Shown: piece after piece, positions 30,301-42,300 of the stretch | Position numbering within the stretch: position 1 is the first letter of the stretch | Layout of the letters: each line of letters starts with the position of its first letter | Source: Phoronis australis | Lineage: Eukaryota; Animalia; Phoronida | Assembly (NCBI GenBank): GCA_002633005.1 | Contig: NMRA01000465.1 | Span: forward strand, 160,472 to 224,471 | Reading direction: 5' to 3' | DNA length: 64,000 nt | Position numbers and translations under genes: made by a program | The notes under the pieces: generated by a model | Seen by the model: only the letters and a program-made list of their open reading frames with translations | Told to the model about the DNA's origin: nothing | Database searches by the model: none

Positions 30301-33300
30301 GCTTTCAGTTAAAAAGCACATAGCTTACCTTGAGGGCAAGGCGTTCCGTTGAAATCTGATGCATTTGCCAAGCAATAGAACCCTTCAGGACACACAGTGC
30401 ATGCTTCCATGGCAACCCTGTCGCCATAGAAGCCAGCCTCACATGGGAGAGCCACAGTAGAGCCGATGGGACAGTAATGTCCGAGGGGACAGACCCCACC
30501 GACGCCAGTGAAATAAGACTGGCTAGGGCAGGTACAGTTGATAGTGTCGTTGGTAGCGCCAGGGTTCGCTTGGTTCACACCTGATGTACAGTAGTATCCT
30601 GTAACAGACATTGCAAGTAGTATGAAGAGTTTATAGCACTTCATTGCAAGAAAACAGAGGAAAACAACATAATAAAATTATTCATAATTACAACAAATGA
30701 TGGTTTCCCTATAAAGTGAAGACCTCCATTGACCATGGAATTCAAAATACCAAAAAATCAAAATACAAGTAACTACATTACAATTGTGTGAAATTATATT
30801 ACATATTACAACAGAGTCAACAACATGCCTGAGAGCGCCATCTATGCCAGCAGTAGCCTGGTGCTGCTGTCAATGACAACACATTACAGTACTTACTAGC
30901 AGAACACTTGTCTGATGGCACCATCTCAGTCAGCACACCATAATAGTAATTACCACAACAGCTGCCTGATGGCACTGTTAATTCCAGGTCATTGCAGTAC
31001 TTACCAGCAGAACAGTTGCCTGATGGTGCCGTCAATGCTAGTCCACCACAATACTTTCCTCCAGGACATGCCACACACTGTCCTTCTTCATACAGGCCTA
31101 GCTGGTCACTGTATGTTCCAGCTGGACAAGCAACCCAGTCCAACCCTGTACCTGAAAATAAGCAAGAACAGAGGGTCATTTACAGGGTGAGTCAGACACC
31201 ACCAACCACCATAATAAGGATGGAACAAACACAAAATTAAAACACAAAATGTGCGCTGTCACCGCTATTTTGTCATTAAAAAAGCCAACGACAGCAATGG
31301 AAAGTGGTTCACAGGGTCTTAAATAAGGCTGAGATTTGTTGAACAGGTGAGGGCTGGGATGATAACGCACGTGGTTTTAAAAGTAAGTTGACAACTCATA
31401 CCAATTGGTCTGAGGATGACAATCCCTGCTTGCTGCTATTTGTATCATGTTAGGAACAATACTGGTATCCAAGGTTTACAGAATAAGCATCAGTTCTTGT
31501 AAAAGCACCGGGTTTTGTATGAACCACAGAGGGTCTTAGTTGATAAGCAAGCCAGCGGACGCTTAATTGAGCCAATACAAAGGTGGGCCCACAGTTAGTT
31601 TTTGGATTTGCTTCAGAATTTTTGCTGTGAAAATAAATGACAAATTTACCTTATTTTGCTTGAGCACTACCAGAGACCGAGAGAAAGAAAGTTTGGATTT
31701 AAGAGACTAATCAAAATATTAATTGTAAGGTATAATTTTCAAAAATCATTCTTGTCTCGAGCATATACGGGTTGAAGCTTAGTCATCGCATTAAATGCTA
31801 AAACACTAAAGTTCACGTCAACCAAAAACAAACAACTCCCCACAGGGCCTGCATACAACATCGCCATTCAAAAAGACAATGGAACTTAGTTCCAGCTCAA
31901 TAAAACCGTTAAACAAATGGGAAATAATTTATTACTAGCTGTAGCAAATTATTAGCAACACCAGAGATAAGCAATGTTTTACAGACCTAGGGCAGTTATT
32001 AACAATAATTGTATACCACAAGAAAGCACACAACCCTACAAAACACCAATTCTATTCAGCTAAAAACAAAAATTGCAGAGCCGACTTGTGTGCTTTTGGC
32101 ACAGCCTATGATAAATAATAAGCAATGCATCAAACTATCATATGACTACAGGAATACAATTATTGTGCTTCTGCTGCAAGCTTTTGCAACGCTTTCAAAT
32201 TAAAATGCACCCACAATAAAACAACTGATATTTGATTTCACAAAATACCAAACATTACCTGGCACTTCAATTGTTTAAAATATCAAGTAATACATAAAAC
32301 CTCGCCAAGTAGAATTTAAAATCACATTTTAATCAATTACTGTGACTCATTGTCACTTGTTTATTAAAACAATGAATATTATAAAAAAGACTCCACTATG
32401 TTGTGGATGAAAAAGTGTTCTGGATCATCTCTTCAAAAAGCATGCTGCATGCCAAACAGCACACTGAACATACATGCAGACCACAATGGCCACCTACAGA
32501 GGCACCTAGTGGTGCACAATGAAACAAATTAAGAAACAGATTACACAATGACCACACTGGGTTCTACAGAACAAATTACAGCACTGATGGACATTCAATT
32601 GGTAAACAATTATACCGCGTTGTTCATTTTCCACCACAGTAAAGACAAATATAAAATTAGTATAGGACAGAGACAGACATGTTGGTATCAAATCATCAGT
32701 CTCTTTGAACTGAAGTTGTATACTTACCCACTGGACAATAGTACCCAGCTGGACATAACTGGGCATTGAGAGAGGCGTTTTGTGGCTGTACAGGGGTACA
32801 GTAATATGACTGCGGACAAGCTAGACACTCTGTAGCCCCAGTAGTGTTAGCATAGTAGGCCGTTGGACACTCCTGAAATATACACACAGATGTTACACTC
32901 ATATGAGTGGGGACAGGGTAGACACTGTGTAGCACCAGAAGTGTTGGCACAGAGCCTGTTGAACACTCTAATTGAAATAAAGAAATGCCATTTGCAGTCA
33001 TTGTGCCAGTTGGATAGACAGAAAGATTGTAAAAAGCACTTAAAAGATTTTATCTAGCATTAACTTCAGCCTATGAAATGCCTGTTCACACACCTTGCAA
33101 CATTCAGACAATAAGAGGCAGTACACAAACTTTGCATGTCTAATTCAACCAAGACAGGCTGTATGCACAACTTGTATGTCTATTTCAACCAATGAGGGGG
33201 ATGTACTTAAATGTCAAACTCAAGGTCTATATACGCACACTTCTTATACCTAATTCAACCAATGAGATGGCTGTATTACACACCTTGTATATCTTTCTTC

Positions 33301-36300
33301 CATTGAGAGTTATATGTTGACTCATATATCCAATTCAACCAATGAAACGACTGAATGCAAACTTTGTATATCTTTTTAACCAATAAGATGGCTGTATTAC
33401 ACACCTTGTATATCTCACTTCCATTGGGACAGTGCATCCCTCGAGGGCACAGGTAATCGACTGGGTTAGGTACAGCGATCCCTGTTGGACAGTAGTAGCC
33501 AGCCCAGCACTTATCAACCACAGCTGTCATCCCTGGAGTACACAGAAAGCAGAATACATTTATGAACTGAGTAGATCATGAGATGACAGACAGTTGTCAT
33601 ATGTTCAAGAGACCAACATTACTACATGACCTGTTTGTGATTTCTATTTTACACACAGGTTACTGAACAAAAAACAATCATGTTATAAAATAATTTATAT
33701 CTAATTACTAAAAATACGAAATATTTTACACAAAGGCCAGTGTACACAATTATTATAACAAATGTGACTTAATACCCAAACTTAGCATACTTTACACAAA
33801 GGTCAGTGCACAAATAGTAAAGCTATAATATTAAGTCTTATTTCACAGTTTGTAATCTCTAACTTGAAACACAACTTTACTTTTGAGGTCAATCCACGTT
33901 AAATTATAAGTAAAAATTAAAGCACAAAAAGTCAGTCCTAAAATTCCTACCTGCATCTGGACAGTAATATCCCCCAGTACAATTGGTACACTGACTGACA
34001 GCGGACAGTTGAGGGGTGTTAGAAAAGGTGCCCGCTGGACACGGCGTAGGGTTGGTACTGCCTTGTGGACAGTAACTGCCGGCGGGACACTGGACGAAGG
34101 TGGACACATCAGCTGCAGACGTACAGTAGTAACCTGAGACAGACAAGTGAAAGATGTGACCAAAGGAACTAGTAAAGAGATATTAACACCAACGAGAGTA
34201 GATCTGAAGACGTCCTGTTGCGCCGAGATTCATGCGTCTCAAACAGATATTAGAGAGATGCACTTTGACTTAAACTGCATTTTTCCAGTTTAGCTGTCTG
34301 AAATACCGACTCTTTCCTCACAATACAGAACATGGAGAGTATTAGGATTGGAAATGCTTCCAAAATTACATGGCTTAGATAGCCACAGCTATTCTAAGTT
34401 CAATTCAAACACATATTATTTATCATTTGCAACTGAATGTTGAAACCTTTGTCAACGCGAACATTAACCGATAAGTCAAGTCCAGCTTTAACATTATTTA
34501 ACATTAAGATATAACACACTCACTCCAGACAGATGAAACTTATTTGAGTGAGTTGTTGATTTTAAAAGAAACCTCCAATTGGTTTTTGACAACTTAAAAG
34601 AAACCAACTTCAAGTAAAACTGAAACTACAAGTGAAATGTTAACATTGAGTAAATTATAAACTGGAAGAAAAACTCTCATAAAGAATTCACGTACGAAAA
34701 AGTTAACAGAGTATGAAAGCAACCATATTAATTTCTTACCTGCACCACACTGTGGCCCAGGACTGGTCATGTTGTGTGATGGACAGTAATGACCACCAGT
34801 ACAGTTCTGGCACTCACTCAGAGCTGTTCTTAGCACATCAGGGTTGTATGTGCCTGGTGGACAAGACATAGGGTTATCTGACCCCTCTGGACAGTAGTGT
34901 CCAGCTGGACACTGATCAGCATCTTCACTGTAGGTGGGGGTGGATGAGTTAGAACCAGTGCGGCAGTAATATCCTGCAAAATGGACAAAAACGGAGATCA
35001 AAATTAAACACGATCCATATTTATCACTATTTTAAACAAAAAATCCTAAATGACGGCATCTTTTAAATTGGGCAAATGAAGAGTCAGAAAATAAGTGAAA
35101 TTGATTTTTCCTCATGAATTCATTATACAGTACAACTGTATTAATTTCACTGATTTTCAAGTTCAAGCAATAATTTCATTTCTTCACAACCAAAGACACA
35201 ACCCCTAACTGAGAAAAATAATTTCGTGTGAAACTGCGACATTTGGAGTTACTGTAACTGTTCGTTTAACCAATGCACATTTTTCTTGACAAGTAAACTG
35301 GAGATTTGACATTTTACAGATTGCACCAACCTTTAAAGAAAGAATGATCCAAACTCAAACAACTAGAATGAATACTAAATGCACTTCACCTGCAGAACAC
35401 AGTCCAGTGGGTTGACTTAGTCCTTCACTCTCACAGTACATGCCTGCACTACAGGGCTGACAGTCAGAGACAGAGATCTTGTGTGTCACGTTGTTGAATG
35501 TTCCTCTAGGGCAGGGGTATTCACTGGCAAACTTGGTGTTCTGTGGGCAGTAGTAACCTGTAACAGAACATCACTTAGTTACACAGTGCATGCTCTCACA
35601 CACAATAACTAGTTACACAGTGTACGCTCACAAACATTAACTAGTAACACAGTGCATGCCTCACATACAAATAACTACTAGTTCTCTGCCTTATTAGGAG
35701 AGAATCCAGACACAGTTCACATTTTCCGGTGCAGTTTTTGTTACCATATTTTCCACCCTTTAGTACCTCTTAAATATTACAGTACAGTGTTGTCGCTTGT
35801 AGTGAGTGTTTATATTTAGTGCATTCAAGCTGACCACAGTTTATACAATGGCAGGGCACGGTTTTGAAAATTTGCATTTCACAGAATGAAAACACAAAGT
35901 AACGACGCTATGCCTTACCTGACGGACACTGAGTACTGTTGTAGAGGACCACAGGGGACATGACATTGTCACAGTAGTACCCCTGGGGGCACGTTTTACA
36001 AGAGGAAGCACCTAGCTCATCTTGATAGGTACCGGAAGGACATCGCAGAGGTTCGGAACTACCGCGGGGACAGTAGTGACCTGTAGTGGATAATTACCAG
36101 AAATTATAATACATTCCTACGACAAGAAGTATGACAAGAATTTATTCCTAGCTGGATACGATACAGAAAACACTGTACTACCTTTGTGCAAAAAAGGCTT
36201 TCAATAAATAAAACTAAAACCTAGCCAATATCAAAGTTCATGGTAACTTTATTATAATTACTAGTTATGAAACAGTTGAACACAAATAAGTTAGATTTAA

Positions 36301-39300
36301 TGTATTGTGCTCCTACAAACCATGAAAAATCCAAGAAATTATTTCCAGGCAATATTTAATAGGAAATATTATTAATGAACACAAAACAGCATGAAACCGA
36401 TGGAGCTTTCTTTCCCCATCACAAAAGGAGACATACCAAGAGTGCAGTTGTATCCAGATGGAGTGGCCACATCATTCTGCCCAGAGCAGTAGTAACCTTT
36501 ATCACATAGGTCAGTCGGTTCACTCAGCCCAGCACCGGCGCAGTAGTAGCCAGGCGTACAGGGGAGACAATCACTGACGGCATCATTTCCAGTGCTGTTG
36601 AGGAAGTATCCCGAGCCACACAGCGTGGGCGAGTAACTGCCCTGGGGGCAGTAAGCACCAAGAGGACACATGGCACCTGCAAGGCGACAATACCTCATGA
36701 GGGCACTTATAGCAAGGGCTACAACAAGCTCTACTATATAACCAACACAAAAAAGTTCACCACCACTTTTATCCTTAAGAGTAAGAATGTCCCATACCCA
36801 CCGCATGCTGGTTACACAATGTAACCTATTGTGAGGTCTAAATAAGATCTCCGTGTTGACCAGGGCCTGAACCTGTGTCATTTTGACTAATAAATGACCA
36901 TTTCCTCGCCCACGAAACCACAAGCAACTAGTATGAACTGCTTGCCCAAGAACCTACTACATACATGTACCATTATGTGACCAGTAACTATCTAGTGCCT
37001 GTACCTCATACATGTAATCTAGTCTGTGTATCAAGTCTAACCTGTAGTGTTTCCATCACTAGGGTTAGGGTAGGTGGCCAGTGAGTGGCAGTAATAGCCA
37101 GCGTCGCACTCGCCAGACGTCACATTCTGTCCTGCCTCTGCACAATAGTGACCAGGGGTGCAGGGGGTCGGGTTGACCGAGCCCTCAGGACAGAAGTAGC
37201 CAGGAGAGCAGCGGTTACCATTGGTACCAGATGGCGTGGCAGTGTCTGAGGCACCAGTGCAGTAGTAGCCAGCAGTACAGAGACCATCAGGGATAGAGTT
37301 GGCAACACCTTCACAGAACTCTCCACCTGGTAAGGAACAAAAAATATACATTGAATACAGTGCATAACAAGACAAAACACAGTAAATGTTTCATCGTCAT
37401 GACTACTAGTTCTGAAATACATCCACACAGCAGCACAAACAATACACTTCTAAAGGTGTTTATTACTTTCATAAAAGACCCATAAGATGGCACAGAATAT
37501 GTCAAATCCATTCAAAACTGGGAAGGTCTTGATGTCTCCCTAAAAGAACACTATCTACCACATTTCATGAAAATCTGTTATGGAGCTCCAAAGATACAAA
37601 GGCAAACATGATAAACAGAGAATCCTACACGAGTCTCAGGTTTATGACATGATTGGGCAAAACCTCTTGGAAATTTTGTCAAAATCCCGAGGCTTGACTA
37701 GCAGGCAAAATATCATCCATACTACAAGAGACTGTTCACTCGTATATGTGCACAGCCATTGACTAGCTGTTACCAAACTTGTTGTATCGCTACTGCAGCT
37801 TGAGCGTAGGTAGATAAATTAATTCAGTGGTAATGCGTATTCTCCAAAATGGCAGGATTTTTACATAATAAAAGCCAACTCATCAAGTTCTTTATTACCT
37901 GGACAGCTAATACAGTCAGCCAGCTGAACTCTGGAGGTCACATTGTTGTATGTTCCCGCTGGACAGGGGAACTCATTCCACCACTTGGTGCCATTAGGGC
38001 AGTAGTAGCCAGTGGGACACGGGGTGCTGGAGTAGTTGACGGTGCCCTCTCCACAGTAATATCCTGTTGGTCATATCAGCATTAAGTTAAAGAGAATAAT
38101 ACACTAAGTAAGAAGCCACACTTCTCAGTCACTATAAAAAAATTGTGTAAACTGGCTAGCTGTAGCAAAGTTAACAAAAAACAGAGTAATATTCAGGTCA
38201 CGTTCAGGCATTTGGATAATATTCAATACGTTGTCAAGATTTCATAAATCACCTATGATGCACAGAATGTAATAGCCATTAAAATAGCTTGTAATCTCAA
38301 CTGCACCATTTTTTTCATTTTCAGGACATTACAGTTGCTCCGTTTACCTTGAGGACAAGTCTTGCATGCTGCCAGGCCTTCTTCATCCGCGTACGTCCCA
38401 TTGGTGCACAGCAGGGGGTAGGTGCTAGTAACGCCCCCTGGACAGTAATAGCCCACAGGACAGATGCCGCCATAGCCCAGCTGGCGATAGTCATAACACG
38501 TCTCATTGATGAGTGATGAGGCGTTGTTACCATTGGGGTACTCACGGTCAACACTAGAGACACACCAGTGGCCGGGAGCACAGTCGCCTGCGGAGACATG
38601 GGCAATACGTAAATCATTGTCACATGATTGAACAAATGTGGAAGTCACTTAATAAATGCCAAATGCAGGTAAACACTTGGGAATCTACCTCACACGACAT
38701 TCTGTTAACTACCTATAACAGAGTTATAATATTATAAACAATTACTGACTTACTTATGCAGGTCAAGTTGTTTTTCAGACTCAGGACCCATCTAGACATT
38801 ATTACATTTTTGGGGACTGATAACCCAAGTAGAGACTACTCCCCTGATGGAAAGGAAGACATCTAACACACTCCAAACAACAAAATAAAGTAAATACTGG
38901 AAATTATGAAATCCCAATAATGATCGTATTTATGCAAAAAGAATTGTGACAAAATAGGAGAGGCTTGTAGACAGCTAACACAAAGCCTTCAGATGTGACT
39001 GGACTTACCTGAAGGAGTACACAGGTGTTCTCCATCACAGTACTTTCCTGCTGGGCATGGCTTACACTGGCTCTCCTCATAGTTACCCACCTGGTCGCTG
39101 TACGTCCCCCTGGGACATGCCTTCAGGTCATGTCCAGTACCTGCTGGACAGTAGTAGCCACACGGACAGATCTCACTCTGACCAGACATGATACAGAAGT
39201 AGCCAGCAGGACATGGATAACAAAACTCTGCATGAGTGTGGTTCACCTGGAACAGGTAAACACAAATTACTAACCTGATGAATCATACACAAGTCAGGGA

Positions 39301-42300
39301 CTTTCAACTCGCACCTGTTAACTATTAGCAAGAAGTTTCCAACAATAGATACTACTGCACTTCCAGAATACTCATTTGACAGTTTTAATGAAGTATCTTG
39401 TCAGCTGGGCCCTCAACTGTTATATGCAACTTGATGCCAAGTTTTTTGAAACACAAATAAGAAAATACAAAACATTTTTACCAACTGAAGACTACCATAA
39501 AAAGATTGAAGCATCACCATTAATATTTCACTTAAGGACTACCATAAAAAGACTGGAGCATAAAAATTAACTTCCGAGTTCATACAGCAAAGCACAAAAA
39601 AGCGATGGTAACCAGTAGAGGCATGTCTCTCTTAGGAGCAGACACTCGTAACTGTTAGATGATAAATGTAATACTTACAGCACTATTATTCTTGCAGGGT
39701 AGCGGCAGGCCATTCCCACCTGGACAGTAATGGCCGACAGGGCAATAGGTGGTGTTGGGTTGTTGGTAGGTGGTGCCCTCTGGACAGTAGTAGCCAGCAG
39801 CACACTCACCAGTGGGCTGGATGAGGCCCTCTGTCAGGCAGTAGTAACCAGGGGAACAAGGCGTACACTCACTGTAGTTGGTCAAACCAGTCGTGTTGGA
39901 GAACGTACCTGGGGGGTGACAGATATGGATAGCTAATTATGCACTAACTGTGGGGCTTTGTCATGTGGTGCCGTGTACTGCACACCAAGGTACCATGAAA
40001 TTATTGAATTGTATGTTGAATAAAACTCACTGCCAAGTAACAATAAACTAAATAATCTTAGATGGCCCAAAATACGATTCACACAAGTCATATCAAATTT
40101 AGTCCAAAGAAACAATTAAAATTTAAAATTCAATCCTGTTAAATATCAACCAGATTTACAGACAGTGACAAAAATGCACGTAAACTACACTATACATTGT
40201 TAGTGACCCATTATGACCTATTGTACATTTTTACCTACCTCTAGGACATGGTATAACCACAGCAGTACCATGTTAGCGACCAAGTGTGACCTATTCTACA
40301 TTTCCTACTTACCTCTAGGACATGGTGTAGTCACAGCTGTACCATGTTAGTGACCCAGTATGACCTATTCCACATTCCTACCTACCTCTAGGACATGGTA
40401 TAACCCCAGCTGTACCATGTTAGTGACCCAGTATGACGTATTCCACATTCCTACCTACCTCTAGGACACGGTGTAGCCACAGCAGTACCATTAAGACAGT
40501 AGGAGCCAGCTGGACATATGACTGGGTCAGGTCTAGTGGATGACTGTGGACAGTAGTAGCCCGCATAGCACTGACCATTGGGAGCAACCAGGTTGGAATC
40601 CTGGCAGTAGTAGCCTATTGAGAAGTGAGAGAGGACAACTATCAGTTGTATGAGGAGAGTAATCACAGGTAGTTATAGAATAGTAAAATTTGAATTTTCT
40701 TCGTTTTTTAAGTTCATTTAAGTAGTTCACAGTTATCTAAAACAGGGTCGAGACAAAGCTGTCCATAAGAAAACTATGACAAATGTAAGTATTTGTATGA
40801 GAACTTAACAAAGTTTTTTTGTCAGTTACAAGGAAACGTAAACTGTCTTTTACAGCAATTACTGTGAACGGATTGGTTGTTTAGGTTGGTTGTCATGGTT
40901 ACCTGCAGTACAGTTGGTACACTGGTCAACAGAAACCAGGCCAGTATTGGCTGAGAATGTACCAGGGGGACACTTCTCAGGCTCAGCGGTACCCAAGGGG
41001 CAGTAGTAGCCAGCAGGACATGTGTTGGCATCATTGGCCTGGCTGGGTGTGGCTGACTTGGCGTTACGACGGCAATAGAAACTGAAGAAGAAAGTACACA
41101 GATTCTCATCAAGACACTTTGAATTGCATCACACCAATACATTGACTGTCAGACAGAAATTGATTATAAGAACACCTTAACATGCCATAAATCATTTCAA
41201 AATAATTTGTTTTGTTGTTGCATTTAAGTAAACAAGCCTCGTAGTAAATAACTGGTCGACAAAGTTATTGATACAACCACTGAATCACACTACACTCACC
41301 CCTGAGGACAGCTCTTCCAGAAGGTAGTCTGGGCTTGTTCATCACAGTAGTAACCCCCCGGGCATGTGGTACACTGGGCTTCACTGGCCAGTCCAGTCAA
41401 GTTGTTGAATGTTCCAGTGGGACAGGGATGTTGATAGGCAGACTGGGTGCCAGCAGGACAGTAGTAGCCTGTGGAGTATCAGTGATGCAGTGATCAGTCC
41501 ACACTCAATGTGATGACGTAAGCACAAACCGTTGTGATGACAAGACTATTTGTTGTGATGTCAGTTCTGCCTGTTGTGACGTCAGCATTAACTTTGTGAT
41601 GTCAACTCTTAACTGTTGTGAGGTCAGAGCTAATGTCAACAATACTTGACATGTCATCACTAAATGTCACAATATCAATACCAAATGCTACGGGGAGCTT
41701 TCCTGCTCCAGACAGACACTTGCCCGCACTGAATGCAATGTTTTATCAAAAAGCAGAAAGTTTTCGTGTTCCTTACTTTGTGACCTTCTCCCGTATTCCA
41801 CTTCAAATTATAAGTTCCATTAACCCGACTGACAGACTGCACCTGTCAACACACAGCCACGACAAAATAGACCACACAGAAGGTTCAAACATTACATTTT
41901 AGAGTCTCACCTCAACCTCTACAAGAAACCTTGTTCAATTCACAGTTCTGTAAAAACCGCAAATCATTTCCCACCATGTCTCCCACTACTGTTGTCTGGT
42001 GTAACTCACCTTGTGGACAGTAGGTGGCATTGTACAGCACTACTGGTGACATGGTGTTATCGCAGTAGAAGCCCGCCACACACACTTTACACGTGGCTTG
42101 AGCAGTTTCATCCTGGTACTTGCCTACTTCACATCTGACTGGTTCATGGCTCCCCAGGGGGCAGTAGTGACCTGGTGACAGATAATCAAGAGATGACAGG
42201 TATGGAGGACAGTTGACTATACGTTTGTCTAGTGTCATGTACTTTTTAAACCCTTAACAATTTTACTATATAATGTGTAACAGAACTGAAGTCTTCAACT

